From contig NC_042999.1 of NCBI RefSeq assembly GCF_006345805.1, positions 23,746,001 through 23,810,000 on the forward strand: a stretch of DNA of 64,000 nt, in the 5' to 3' direction. The stretch's first letter is position 1; each line of letters opens with the position of its first letter. The notes beneath the pieces were generated by a model, which was given only the letters and a program-made list of their open reading frames with translations, was not told the DNA's origin and made no database searches. Source of the stretch: Octopus sinensis. Its lineage: Eukaryota. Positions 51,980 through 64,000 of the stretch are shown here, one piece after another. The position numbers were made by a program, and so were the translations under genes.

Positions 51980-52069
51980 TTTCGGTACAATTGTTTCGTA
52001 CGAAGACCACCTTTATTAAGGCTGCAAATATTGCAGCAAATACACGTGACCCGTACTCATCAGCCGAAA
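51980..52069 (-). ncRNA. Type I hammerhead in the 3' pLTR
   Basis: tttcgg CTGATGA gtacg...cgtac GAAA caattg TA ccgaaa. Confidence 0.88.
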
Positions 52070-53335
52070 AAACATCTGAGTTCTCAAAACATCTTAGGGG
52101 GTGAGGCTACACTCATGAAACATTCAGGATAGTTCTATAAAAATCAGATTTAGATAATAAACGAACTTCCAAAGTTCTTTAATGTTGCACTATCAAATAA
52201 CAGGCTTTAAAAAAGTATTAAAAAAAACCTCTTAGTTTCACAGAAATTGAAAATGTAAATCCATCCATAATAATGAAGTATGTTTGAATTCTGGAGATAT
52301 GAGGAGAGATTTCATACTCACAGACGATGTATTTATCCATAATTAGTTCATAATAAAGTAGGTTTCCTGATGTATGATTGTATGCTGGTTGCATTTCTGA
52401 TCATTTCTCAAAACTGCTATGTTAGAATTTGTTGAATGAAATTTAGTGGAGCGTATAGACAATCACTCACAAAGGGTATAAAGGGTTAACTGAGAAGAAA
52501 TGGGGTTGTAAATATCCACCTACGCAGAATAGTTTATCTCAGTGGAGACAAGCTGACTGGATCAGAATTTGTAAGAATCTAAGAGCTTTAAAAAAACGAA
52601 AGCTAATCTTGACCAGTATTCTGTTGTTATTTGCTATATAAAGAGGACAAGGGAAGTTAAAAGCGGATCAAAAGGTTATCACTATAGGAAAAAGTATTAG
52701 CAGATTTCAGTGCAACACTAGAAAGGAGGTCATTCAATTAATTTCTTTATTTATTAATGTTACTACTTATACATTGGCAGACTTTGGGACTGCATTTAGG
52801 GGTCAAAAGAAAGAATTGGGAGTATTGTTTTTCATAATGAAAAATCGTTATATTATTTCTATGGGATTAGCTTCAATTTACTTATAGAATATAAAAGAAT
52901 TACGAAGTTTTATTAACTTATTTGCTTTAAGTTGGTTTACCTAAATTAGAAAAAATTTAGATGAAATTAATTTAAATTATCTATATGGTCCATTAGAATG
53001 AAAGTTTTTTAGCAACTGATTTATTTCTTTATGTTCCAAATCTGGTACATCTAGAGAGAAAATAACTATAGCTTATGAACTTGCAGCTATCTATTTAAAA
53101 TAAATATATAAGAGTATTGCTATATTATTATAACAAGCAAGATAGACAAATCACCAAATGGTTTTTATATACGGTTGTTTTAACTCTAGCGTGAATACAA
53201 GAAATCACCCAATTATATACTGTTATTCAATATGTAATCATTTCTTCTGTGCCTTAGTATTTCAAATGTTTCCATGGAGCAAAGTTGGCAACCAATACTG
53301 TTATTTTTATAAGGCATCGCTCTTCTAACTAATTC

Positions 53336-56020
53336 TCAATTAAGGTTATATTTAATATTATTGTTTTTGAGTTCCCAGATCTTACTTGAAAGTGTGGTGC
53401 TATCAGCTTTATGACGTAATTTGAAAGAATAGAGATGGTTGCTAAGACGTTTTTTAAAATTTATAGTACACCCTAAATAAATAAATGTGTTATTCTCTGT
53501 AGCTATGGTACATTTATAGATTACGTTATTTAACCCGCATAGACCAGGTGCCCGGCATTTTGATCTAATTCTACAGTTACACCTAGGGGGATCATTTTCC
53601 GATGCGGGATTACTCACGGATAGATGTCTCATATTCCAGCTATTCAAATCATTATTAATATATTTTTCGCTATTATAGTTAATGCTGCTATCTAAAAAAG
53701 TGTTATCGCTATTATAGTTAATGTTATTATCTAAAGCAGTATTATCATTTATCGGTCCTTCTACACTATCATTTAATTCTATAGTCCTACCATAATTACT
53801 AACATTATTGGTATTGCTACTATTATTGCCAGTATTAGTTTCCAAATGTATACTGTTACTATAGATATCATTGTTGTCTTCATTCCCGGTATTTTCCCTA
53901 TTGGTATTACTCCTATTATTAACATAATTGTTCCTATTTGTATTATTATTATTACTAGCTATTCTATAGCTATTGGTTATACCTATGTTATGATAGTTAT
54001 TATTATTGTGGCTATTATTACTTTCGTTAATGTTACTACAATTGTCATTGATATTCCTATTGGTATTATTTAAATTTTTCCTGGCTAGTTTAATGTTATT
54101 ATTATTAATCTTAGCTATTAAAGTGGACATATTTGGGAGAGTTGAATAAGAAATTCTGACCGTTTCTTTAGAAATAATTTTATGATATCTATGAGAGGTT
54201 GGGAAGTTCTTTTCCAGAATTAATTTGAATCTACTCTGAATATCCGATAGAATCGCACAGTTAAAAGGAACATTTAGCCACATTACATCTTTCTTATTAA
54301 ATTTCTTTGAATTAGAATTGGGGTTAGTTGGATCATTCCTACTCCCGCCAGAGTCGTTGTATTTATTAAAGTTAATATTTGCATGCTTCTTAGTTTTATC
54401 TAAATTTATCCTATCCGAGTTACCTATGTTCCAGTCTATGTTCCTATCTTTATTCTTATTTTCATTTAGATTTGTTGTCACCGTAAATTTACTTCTACTT
54501 TTATTTCTGGTGTTATCTCTATTGTTGTTTACGTGGTTATTGTTACTTCTTTTATTTGAAATATGTAAGTTCTCTTTATCAATAAAGGTAATTTTTTGGT
54601 TGTATCCTGCCTTAGATAACGCCGCATTATAATGCTCCGAATGGGAGTTAAATATATCAAAATTGGATGATAATTTAGAGATTCTTAAGGAAATATTTCT
54701 CATCAAAGTATTAATTATATTTGGGGGATGATTGGATAATTTATTTACGTAACTAGTGATTTCGCCTTCTTTTCTAAATGGGTAATGTAGCTTAGAGTTA
54801 AGGTCTAATGTAATATCTAGGAAATTGACTATTTTAGTGCCTGGTTCGTAGGTTATGCTAAGGTTGAAATCTTTAAAGAACCTATTAATTTTCTTTCTAA
54901 TCCTTTCAATGCTCGATTTATTATTGCTAGGGATAACAAACAAAGCATCATCCCTATATAGACCACCTTGTAATTCTGGGATCTCCTTTTTTATGCATTT
55001 TAATAGATATGCGCCTACTAAATTAGTCACCTCAGCCGAATCACTGGAACCCATGGGTATTTCGAAATTATTAGGGGTGTCTGCTCTGGTCCATAATTTT
55101 CCCTCAAACTCTATAAATGTTTTTCTAGCTAATAGTACAATGTCGATTTCTTCTCTAGATATGAGGGAGCGATTCATAGCGAATATAAGTGATTTATTTA
55201 ACAGAATCGGGGAAATGCTAGAGTAATAGTTATTTATGTCGAATTGAATAAAGGCCAGATTACTAGTATTGGTTAGGAAGTTAAACCATTTTAATACCTC
55301 ATCGGTATTTATCCATAGACTTAAGGGAAGAAGCGGGGTTATTTGGGGTAGAACAATGTCAAGGATAGATTTACTAAGTCGGCCAATATCTGACTTAGTT
55401 GGACAAATCAGCCTTACCGACGGGTTTTCCATAAAATTCCTTTTGTGGTCCTTAAGGTTAATTCTAGGTTCACACGGTATAAGCGGTTCTGTTCGATCCG
55501 TTAGGTTGTATCTTTCCATAATTTCCTTCATTTCCAGGTTCGTTTCTTTTAAATTTCTCTTAGTAGTAATTTTGTATTTGGAGTTGAGCTCTTTCTTAAT
55601 TAGCTTGCTATAAAGTGTATAATCTACTCTATACAGATTACCAGTTTTATCCGCTGGTACTAGTATTCCTTGCTTGTTCCGGGTTGATTGAATAAATTTA
55701 CTGAGATGCTTGAGGTGGGGGTTATATCTTAACGGGTGTTCCTTGAATCTAATCACTTCTATGAGATTCAGTAAATCCTTTTCGAATTTTTCCAGGAGTG
55801 GGTTCGGAGGTGGACTCTTTCTGCTTCTAAATATTCTGCCAAATTTCTTATCATTATTCATTACTTGAGTGTTCTTTTTCTGCTTGACATCGAAATGGTA
55901 CGTTTTCCATCTAATTCTTCTAATGAAGTCATTAATCCTATGGATAAGTAGCCAGTTATATTGGTCTTTACTGTGTAGGGGAATGTGTTCAGGGGAAAAC
56001 TCAATGTTTACTTTCTCCAT
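53336..56020 (-). CDS. Penelope RT + Asn-rich linker + GIY-YIG endonuclease
   Basis: PADKTGN, FDINNYYSSI, IPMGSSDSA, GLYRDD, NFLDITL, SNHPP, CNC...C, VIYKC...YLG...R...H; the last residues continue in another frame to ~53255. Confidence 0.92.
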   Translation of the reverse strand: MEKVNIEFSPEHIPLHSKDQYNWLLIHRINDFIRRIRWKTYHFDVKQKKNTQVMNNDKKFGRIFRSRKSPPPNPLLEKFEKDLLNLIEVIRFKEHPLRYNPHLKHLSKFIQSTRNKQGILVPADKTGNLYRVDYTLYSKLIKKELNSKYKITTKRNLKETNLEMKEIMERYNLTDRTEPLIPCEPRINLKDHKRNFMENPSVRLICPTKSDIGRLSKSILDIVLPQITPLLPLSLWINTDEVLKWFNFLTNTSNLAFIQFDINNYYSSISPILLNKSLIFAMNRSLISREEIDIVLLARKTFIEFEGKLWTRADTPNNFEIPMGSSDSAEVTNLVGAYLLKCIKKEIPELQGGLYRDDALFVIPSNNKSSIERIRKKINRFFKDFNLSITYEPGTKIVNFLDITLDLNSKLHYPFRKEGEITSYVNKLSNHPPNIINTLMRNISLRISKLSSNFDIFNSHSEHYNAALSKAGYNQKITFIDKENLHISNKRSNNNHVNNNRDNTRNKSRSKFTVTTNLNENKNKDRNIDWNIGNSDRINLDKTKKHANINFNKYNDSGGSRNDPTNPNSNSKKFNKKDVMWLNVPFNCAILSDIQSRFKLILEKNFPTSHRYHKIISKETVRISYSTLPNMSTLIAKINNNNIKLARKNLNNTNRNINDNCSNINESNNSHNNNNYHNIGITNSYRIASNNNNTNRNNYVNNRSNTNRENTGNEDNNDIYSNSIHLETNTGNNSSNTNNVSNYGRTIELNDSVEGPINDNTALDNNINYNSDNTFLDSSINYNSEKYINNDLNSWNMRHLSVSNPASENDPPRCNCRIRSKCRAPGLCGLNNVIYKCTIATENNTFIYLGCTINFKKRLSNHLYSFKLRHKADSTTLSSKIWELKNNNIKYNLN

Positions 56021-56404
56021 TCTTGCTGAGAAATTAAGTACCAGAAAAAAATACAGGCTGTATGGGAATATTTTCAGTAAAAGCAATTAAGATTCAAGTG
56101 AGTTCTGTTGAATTCACATGAATGAGGTACTTAACTTAGATGCACCAGAAATCTATATGGTGTTAACCATAAGATAATGTGGGGTGATTATAAACAAGAA
56201 AAAAGCAACAAAAATGGATCAATATTTCGGTACAATTCGGTGAAACTAAGAGGTTTTTTAAAATACATTTTTAAAGCCTGTTATTTGACTGTGCAACATT
56301 AAAGAACTTTGGAAGTCCGTTTATTAACTAAATCTGATTTTTATAGAACTATCCCGAATGTTTCATGAGTGTAGCCCTTAGAAGTTTTGAGAACTCTGAT
56401 GCTT

Positions 56405-56494
56405 TTTCGGCTGATGAGTACGGGTCACGTGTATTTGCTGCAATATTTGCAGCCTTAATAAAGGTGGTCTTAGTACGAAACAATTGTACCGAAA
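56405..56494 (+). ncRNA. Type I hammerhead in the inverted pLTR
   Basis: tttcgg CTGATGA gtac...gtac GAAA caattg TA ccgaaa; GUA site ends at 56488. Confidence 0.88.
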
Positions 56495-56639
56495 TATTGA
56501 TCCATTTTTGTTGCTTTTTTCTTGTTTATAATCACCCCGCATTATCTTATGGTTAATACCATATAGATTTCTGGTGCATCTAAGTTAAGTACCTCATTCA
56601 TGTGAATTCAACAGAACTCACTTGAATCTTAATTGCTTT

Positions 56640-56697
<58 letters not shown>

Positions 56698-57423
56698 TAT
56701 ATATATATACATAAGTCAATACATTCACCACCTGCGAGTCACTATTGTTCCCCACTATTATTCGAAGCCGGAATAGTAGCACCTATTCCCAGCTATAAAA
56801 CAATAAGCATATCACGGATAAACTTCAGGCACAAAGCTTCACTGTCTTATGAGTGCTTTGGGAAAGGGAAAGACTAGGGAGTCAACTTTGCTAACAGATC
56901 AAGGAGCAGAGTCCCCAAAGCAGTTCAGTATCCTCTTTGATACCTTTCCGGCAATTCCAGGGCAGGTGGAGCACTCCAGCCTATAAGGCAATTCACCTAA
57001 GAGAAGGCAATTCCTATATAAAACGTACAACCTAATGATAACCGCAGCTCTCTAAATCCGCTAAGCTGCAGTGATCAGATCTACAAAAGTCTAAAGAGTG
57101 GGAATGGACTGATTCCCCCTTTAAAACTACTAAGTGCAGGAAGGAAGAAAAGATGAGCAGTACTGAAGATCGGTTTACTTAGCTACATGAAGGCGTATTG
57201 CTCTTACGCAATCTCCGGGCACGAAAGAGCCACCATCATCAAATATGCCTCTCCCGTCTTCTCTCCAGGGAGTAGAGTCTTAGCTGTTTCAACCTTTCCC
57301 AGTAGCTGAGCTGTTGCAAAGAGACGTTCTTTTTTTTGAATCTTGGAGTTTGATAATTCATTTTTAAACAAGTTTTACCGATTTTTCTAGGGTATCTTCA
57401 GTCTCTCTTAAAATGTATTTCCT

Positions 57424-57463
57424 TACTATTGACAAGCAGAACATTGTTGAAACCGGTATAGTA
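57424..57463 (+). ncRNA. Probable U3-A8 hammerhead with weak stem II
   Basis: tacta TTGACAA gcagaacattgtt GAAA ccgg TA tagta. Confidence 0.5.
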
Positions 57464-58641
57464 TTATAATTCATTTGCTTAAAAAATTAGAAACTACAAT
57501 TCGTTTTAAACGCAGATACATTTCCAACCCTACATTTGTTCCTGTGTGGGAATATATCTCCTTTCTTCAAATATTTTTATGTATGTATGTATGTATGTAT
57601 ATGTATGTGAATGAGTGTGTGCGTGCATGTATGTTTGTATGTTTATGTTTATATATACACACGTATCTGTCTATATCATTGTATATAATTGCTTACACAT
57701 ATATATGTCTATGTATATCTACACATGCAAGAATACAAGACACTTTTATTATCATGGAGTTGTTAGTTAAATTATACCAAGAAATTTACAGAGCTCAAAG
57801 TGAGGCCGGTTGGATGATTGTCGTAGATATATTTAATAAGAACATTTAAATAGTTTTATAACAAAGTTAAGAATAAGGTATGGTAAACACATATTTTCAA
57901 ATGCGTCAATTAGTTATTAGAAACAATTTAACTGCAAAAGCAAGACATCAACAGCAGTAGCAAGTGGAGGAGGAATGGCACAATGATTAGGGCAGCGGAC
58001 TCGCGGTCGGAGGATCGCGGTTTCGATTCCCAGACCGGGCGTTGTGTGTGTTTATTGAGCGAAAACACCTAAAGCTCCACGAGGCTCCAGCAGGGCGTGG
58101 TGGCGACCCCCGTTGTACTCTTTCGCCCCAACTTTCTCTCACTCTTTCTTCCTGTTTCTTGTCCCCGACTTCCTACGCAACGGCTGAGACTGAATGCGCA
58201 TTCATCTATCCGTCGATGCTCTCGGTGTCAGGGGTTGGCCTACTTTCTCTTCTTTGGGTCTTACGAATAGCAAAGGACTACGTATCGGACTTCTCCCAAG
58301 GACGAAGACCGCTTCGCTCAACAAACAAACAAACAGCAGCATCAATTTCTAATAACCACAAGAAGATTTTAAAGACGAAACATTTTTAAAAGAAGAATTT
58401 AAAGAAAGACTAAGAATTTTTTAAAATAGATATTTAGACTCTTTATTTGTGCTTATACATATAATGGCTTACTTGACGTACTTTAGGATATAGGTCATTC
58501 AGAAAAACCTGCAAAGTATTGAAAAATGAAAAACTTTAGAAATCTTTAAAACATATCAATATTTATCTATATAATATACAATGTCTTCAATTCAAATACC
58601 GGGAAACAAGCAAGCTGAGAACTAAACAAAGTGAAGCAAAT

Positions 58642-58701
<60 letters not shown>

Positions 58702-58729
58702 GAGAGAGATTGATAGATAGATAGATAGG

Positions 58730-58792
<63 letters not shown>

Positions 58793-59565
58793 CCAAACAC
58801 AGACAGATAACTACATTTTACTCTGAAAGAACCTTAAAAGATAAGAAATATAATGGTTAGCTCGGCTCTACGAGGAGGTGGTGATCGTTAGAACACCTTC
58901 GATCACAAGTCCACTCAGTCGAGTGAATTGCGATTAAGAAGAACAATGCAACTGTTAAATAATTAATGCAATTGTTATATGAATAACTAATTTATTCACA
59001 AACTAATAATATCTAACGTGATTTTTTTAATTGTCTTCAATGTGTGCAGCGTGTAAAGTCCGTCTCAGAATTCACAATAGAAATACGGCTGCCCAATAAT
59101 AATCCATTCTACTAGAAGCACAAGGCCTGTAATTTGGGATATACGGAACTAGTCGATTACATCAACCCTTGTACTCATCTATTTGTTATTTCATCGACCC
59201 CGGTGCGCAACTGGTTGTTATTTCATCGACCCCGAATGGATAAAAGGTAAAGTCGATCTCGGCGGAATTTGAACTCAGAACGTAAGGAAGAAAAAATGCT
59301 GCTAAACATTATACCAGTTTGCCACTTCCGAATGTCAAATAACATCCTTTCTGCTAAAGGTAAAATGTCTGAAACGTTGAGGGAGGGACTAGATGATTAC
59401 AGCTGATGCATATTCTGTAAACCACCGAAAGGCAAATGCAGCCTCGGTGGAACTTGATTTCACGAATATCCAATAATATTGAGAGTAAACTTACCAACGT
59501 ATACTGTATCTTCGTCACCATACAAACCATGATGCTTTATAGCATGTTCGAAGATATGACATTGC

Positions 59566-59792
59566 CTCTTCTTCTTCTTCTTCTTCTTCTTCTTCTTCTT
59601 CTTCTCTTCTTCTTCTTCTTTCTTCTTCTTCTTCTTCTTCTTCTTCTTCTTCTTTCTTCTTCTTCTTCTTCTTCTTCTTCTTTTCTTCTTCTTCTTCTTC
59701 TTCTTCTTCTTCTTCTCTTCTTCTTCTTCTTCTTCTTCTCTTCTTCTTCTTCTTCTTCTTCTTCTTATTATTATTATTATTATTATTATTAT
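59566..59792. repeat. (TTC)n then (TTA)n microsatellite
   Basis: Direct reading. Confidence 0.97.
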
Positions 59793-60014
59793 TTCTCCCA
59801 ACGCGGATGGATGTGTCTCCGGAAGCTCCGTGAATTTTGTGACAATTTCATTGGAAATTTGTTGATAAGTGTTAATATTTTTGAATATTTTTGTAGTCAA
59901 GCCGACTAACTCTTTACAGAGCTGGTTGGCAAGGCAAAATTTTACCCCTTTCGTGGTGAAATTACTGTTTATATTATTGACATTCACATTATTTTGCACA
60001 CACACAATTCCAAA

Positions 60015-61851
60015 ATGGCGTTAAAAAGAGCTGCTGGCTCTTCCCCCCTTGCAACACCACCCCCTCCACAAGAAGAAAAAATTTCGTCAGCGGTTCCGAA
60101 CCGCCCATTTCAAGCCGTAAAAGGCGAAGTAAACATTACAATGGAATGTGCTGAAAAGCAAAACGTTCCAAATAAGAACAAAAAAGACGGCGTCTCTTGC
60201 GACGTCATTTTAGATTTCCCCCCCTCTACCTTCAACTAATGTTATAGTACCGAAGGAGGAGGAAGGGAATGATATGAATAAGAGAGAAATAAACAAAGAA
60301 AAAAAATTCGAAGAAAATTCCAAAGGTTTTGCTTCAGCTGCAAAGCAGATTTCGGAAGAGATACAAATTACGATGGAAGATATTAAAATGGCAAAAGATT
60401 TGTTGAGAAAAGAAGGAAACAGTGTTTTCCTTAACACACCTCAACAACTCATACACGAGACCAACAAAAAAACAATTTTCTATAAAGTTTTCGAAAAGAA
60501 AACTAAAAGACTGGTGAACGCCACACCCCAACAGTTAGAAATGGCTCTGAAGCCCATTTGGGGCCAAAAGAGCTATGTGACAAGAGGGAAGCGATTTGGA
60601 ACCGTGGAGGTTCGCTTCCCAAAAGAGGAGCAAGCAAGGGCGCATGCCATTTCGCCCTTGCAAAATGAACATTTGTTCCTCGTTCCGATCTACCTCGGGC
60701 GTAAGGTCCAAAAAATAACAATAAATACAATACCCCGCGAACTGAATATCTCATGGCTAGTGGCGGCTATCCTCTATGGCATAGAGGACACTGCCACTAC
60801 TCTAAATGTTCGGAGGGTAAGAGAAAAGAACTGGTCAGGTATGGGTATTGAACTGCTGGTACAGATCCAGCAGGAAAACATCAATGCCATACCTGACTTT
60901 GTCATCTTACTAGATGGGACCAGGCTAAACGTTACTGTAGAGGGGCGAAAGCCAAAATGTTTCCTCTGCAGTAGCGAAAGCCACCTGAAGAGGGACTGCC
61001 CCATTCAAAAAAAGAGAATGGAGGAATACAGCAAGAGGCAGCAACAACAACAACGACAACAACAGAAAGAGCACGAAACACCAAAGGCTGCCACACCACC
61101 AACACCATCACCAGCACCAAGACGAACAACAACACCTCCAACAACAACAACCACCAAACCAACACCAACACCAGTACCTAGAAGGTCGACAGCAGCAAGA
61201 AGAGAAGGTGAGAGCTCACCAACGCGGGCACCATCAACAGCAACAGGAGCAGCGGCACCACCGATACCGGCGGAACCAACAACTTTTCGTCCTGCTGCTG
61301 AAGCAGACCCCTCATCTATTCCTTTGCCGGATGAAGAGTACTCGGATTGTGCGAGCTCTGATTCCAACAAATGAGAATGGAGCACAGTGCCTCCAAAAAA
61401 GAAAAGGAGGAGAAAACAAAAAGACATACAGGGGAAGCACGAACAAATAGCGCTTCCCAACATCAACAACAACAACAACAACAACACACACTCACAACAA
61501 CAAACAACAACACTTTCGACACCACTACTGCCACTACCACTGCCACAGACACAAACAAACACAGACACAATTACAGAAATAAATACAAGAAACCAGGAAC
61601 TGGTTGAGTATTTGAAAGACAAAACAAGCACAAATATAACGGATTTCGTTATACCAACAAAAAACACACCACCAGCACACATTCTCACAATAAAAATAAA
61701 CAAAACAACATATAATGAAATCAAACAAAATTTCCCTAACGATGTGGGATCGTTAGGGAAAAGTTTCTCTAAGAAACTATATAAAAATATTGTGGAAGAA
61801 CCCGTGCAAAAGCACAAGGGAGCCACCCCCACCACCAACAACAGTAAGTAG
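60015..61851 (+). pseudogene. Tx1 ORF1 (RRM-like region, CFLCSSESHLKRDC knuckle) with one frameshift and one in-frame TGA
   Basis: Frame change near the C-run at ~60220; TGA at 61372-61374 followed in frame by EWSTVPPKKKRRRK. Confidence 0.8.
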
Positions 61852-61890
61852 AGCCTTTTTTTTCTCCTTTTTTTTCCTAACTTTTGAAAC

Positions 61891-64000
61891 ATGGCAAATC
61901 TTAGAATCGGTTGCTTGAATGTGAGAGGCCTCGGGTCACCTCGGAAACAGAGTCACCTGTTAAACGACCTGAGGTTTCATGATGTGGATGTAGCAGCCAT
62001 CAGTGAAACCAGGCTCTCCGACCCGCAGGAACTCGCAGCCCTTTTCGGCGGATACGAGATATTTCTATCTCCGTGTCGGCCGGGAGCGGGCGGTGGTGGT
62101 ACTGCGGTGTTGTTTCGGAAGGGCCTGGACTTGAAAATAAGGACAGTCTTCTTGGATCCGGAAGGTAAGTTGGTGGTCCTCGACGTGGACGGTAGTGACG
62201 GCGGTGCTTTCAGACTGCTGGCTGCCTACGTTCCGACAGGAGCAGGGCAGTCGGATTATTTCAAACGTCTGGAAGTTTTCCTGGGAACGTCACGCACTCT
62301 AGTGCTAGTTGGGGATTGGAACGCTGTCTTAGACGAACGTTTCGATCGGGTGGGCAGGGGAGCGTCTGATAGGAGAGGGGGAGGGTGCAAGAGCCTCGCC
62401 AATCTACTCGGCCGCTTTCAGCTGTCCGACAGGTTTCGACTAGACAACCCGAATGTGCCAATGTGGACTTGGACCAACCGCATCGGGTCGTCTAGATCGT
62501 ACTTAGATAGAGTGTTTTGTAGGCCAGCGGATAAGGACAGCGTAGGGTGTCCACAATTCCACCTAGTCGAATATACGGACCACAAATTAGTGATCTGTAC
62601 GGTCGACTTAGATAGGCTACATAGACAGGGATCCGGCTACTGGAAGCTGAACGCGTCGTTAACGACGTGCAAAGCTTACAGAGACCGGATTAGTTTACTA
62701 GTTAAGCGGGCGCTCACAGGGGCAATCATCAACAACAACTGGCGGTTTGCCCTCAAGAGAGCAATTAGAGTAGAGTCGATTAGGTATAGTAAGACTCTAG
62801 CTATTGAACGTGGGAAGAGAGAGCGGGATTTAGTTAAGAAACTAGACGAGGCTCTCGACACTGGCATCGCGACCGACGTGTTGGCGGTAAGGTTGGCCCT
62901 CGACCAACACTTCGACGCCAAACACGAAGGCTGCGTTGTCAGAGCTAAGGTACGTTCGCTAAGCGGGGAGGGGACTAGAGCCGCTCGATGGGCCCGCGTG
63001 GCGGAGGCGAAGCGAGGCAACAAAGCAACCATTCGGTCTTTGGTGGACCAGAACGAGCGCGAGGTTACCGAACCGAAGCAGATGTGTACGGTGCTTCAGC
63101 GGCACTTTGCTCAACTGTTTGGGACGAGCGGTGGAACGGACACCAACGGTACAGACATCGGTGTGTACCTGGACGGACTGCCGCAACTCTCGGACAGCGA
63201 GGCAGAGTGCTGCGAAGGACCGATATCTGCCTGGGAAGTGCAGGAAGCGATGAAGAGTTGTACGAGAGGTAGATCGCCGGGTTTGGATGGTCTGCCCTAC
63301 GAGCTTTACGTTTCAATGCCAGACTTGTTTGCGGGCCTGTTGGCAAACGTCTACTGCAACTGGCAGCAAAACGGGAGAATTCCTGCTTTTGTCTGTCGAG
63401 GGGTGGTGGCTTTTCTGAAGAAGGACACAAACAAGGGGGACGTTATAGGGAATTTCCGGCCCATCACTCTGCTCAATGCAGAGTTGAAGATTTTAGCCAA
63501 GGTGCTAGCCAAGAGATTGGTCGGCAAGACGCAGACATGCGCCGTGCCGACCAGGTCGATACACGACAACCTCCATCTCATGCGCTACATCATAGATAGG
63601 GTGGGTAACGACGCTGGCGCGGGTGGGGCTTTGATCAACTTGGATCAGAGTAAAGCCTTCGATAGAGTCGACCATCGGTACCTGGCAGCTGTCCTCAAGG
63701 CAGCCGGCTTCGGTCCAGTCTTCCGCGGGTGGATAGCTGCTTTATACAGCAACATCTGCTCGGTGATACGGGTGAACGGTCACCTTTCGGAACCGTTCGA
63801 CATCTCGCGTTCGGTCCGCCAAGGATGCCCTCTCTCCTCCCTCTTGTACATTTTGACTCTCGAGCCATTACTGCGCAAGTTGGAGGCTTTGAGGGGTATC
63901 CCGCGCGATCTAGGAGGCGGAAACAGCGTGTCTGCTTATGCCGACGACGTCACCGTGGTGGTGTCGAGCCACAGGCACATTGGCCTGATTGGCGAGACGC
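61891..64000 (+). CDS. Tx1/L1 ORF2 (APE + RT), open to the window end; absent from the ORF track
   Basis: MANLRIGCLNVRGL, ISETR, GDWNA, YLDR, TDH, SPGLDGLP, NFRPITLLN, LDQSKAFDRV, VRQGCPLS, YADD all in the frame starting at 61891. Confidence 0.92.
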   Translation, partial: MANLRIGCLNVRGLGSPRKQSHLLNDLRFHDVDVAAISETRLSDPQELAALFGGYEIFLSPCRPGAGGGGTAVLFRKGLDLKIRTVFLDPEGKLVVLDVDGSDGGAFRLLAAYVPTGAGQSDYFKRLEVFLGTSRTLVLVGDWNAVLDERFDRVGRGASDRRGGGCKSLANLLGRFQLSDRFRLDNPNVPMWTWTNRIGSSRSYLDRVFCRPADKDSVGCPQFHLVEYTDHKLVICTVDLDRLHRQGSGYWKLNASLTTCKAYRDRISLLVKRALTGAIINNNWRFALKRAIRVESIRYSKTLAIERGKRERDLVKKLDEALDTGIATDVLAVRLALDQHFDAKHEGCVVRAKVRSLSGEGTRAARWARVAEAKRGNKATIRSLVDQNEREVTEPKQMCTVLQRHFAQLFGTSGGTDTNGTDIGVYLDGLPQLSDSEAECCEGPISAWEVQEAMKSCTRGRSPGLDGLPYELYVSMPDLFAGLLANVYCNWQQNGRIPAFVCRGVVAFLKKDTNKGDVIGNFRPITLLNAELKILAKVLAKRLVGKTQTCAVPTRSIHDNLHLMRYIIDRVGNDAGAGGALINLDQSKAFDRVDHRYLAAVLKAAGFGPVFRGWIAALYSNICSVIRVNGHLSEPFDISRSVRQGCPLSSLLYILTLEPLLRKLEALRGIPRDLGGGNSVSAYADDVTVVVSSHRHIGLIGET

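Larger units (their letters stand above)
51955..56643 (-). mobile_element. Near full-length Penelope-like element with 3' pLTR and inverted 5' pLTR
   Basis: RT + GIY-YIG ORF; 51955-52240 is the reverse complement of 56240-56520; 56076-56237 mirrors 56482-56643. Confidence 0.92.
59793..64000 (+). mobile_element. Tx1/L1-clade LINE, 5' part (continues beyond the window)
   Basis: 5' UTR, gag-like ORF1 with CCHC knuckle, APE-RT ORF2. Confidence 0.9.

Noticed and set aside
61005-63581. Minus-strand ORFs over the Tx1 element, and antisense ORFs over the other LINEs and the Helitron
   Set aside because: Shadow frames of recognised element genes.

Overview
AT-rich, microsatellite-dense metazoan DNA; the SINE families suggest an octopod cephalopod (inference). 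Almost all of it is transposon-derived. It holds a full-length Helitron (16486-22615, -) with non-autonomous relatives, a 5'-truncated RTE LINE with a PHD finger inside its RT, two CR1-supergroup LINE families (one with an unusual Myb-like + poly-Q + 2xCCCH ORF1), two convergent Penelope-like elements, a Tx1/L1 LINE running off the right edge, four tRNA-derived SINE families and a mariner-type MITE. The ORF track hides two things. First, many type I hammerhead ribozymes (7-8 complete, several decayed), including a non-coding 362-363 bp tandem/inverted array at 33.6-34.8 kb whose core is the compensatory U3-A8 variant (TTGAAAA); it looks like a Penelope-mobilised retrozyme family. Second, small phase-compatible exons of a minus-strand host gene starting with a signal peptide (4850->238), with two sense-strand hammerheads probably in one intron. 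The 40.9-49.7 kb region is a mosaic of local duplications giving filled/empty insertion sites. All motifs were read by eye; no searches or folding programs were run.
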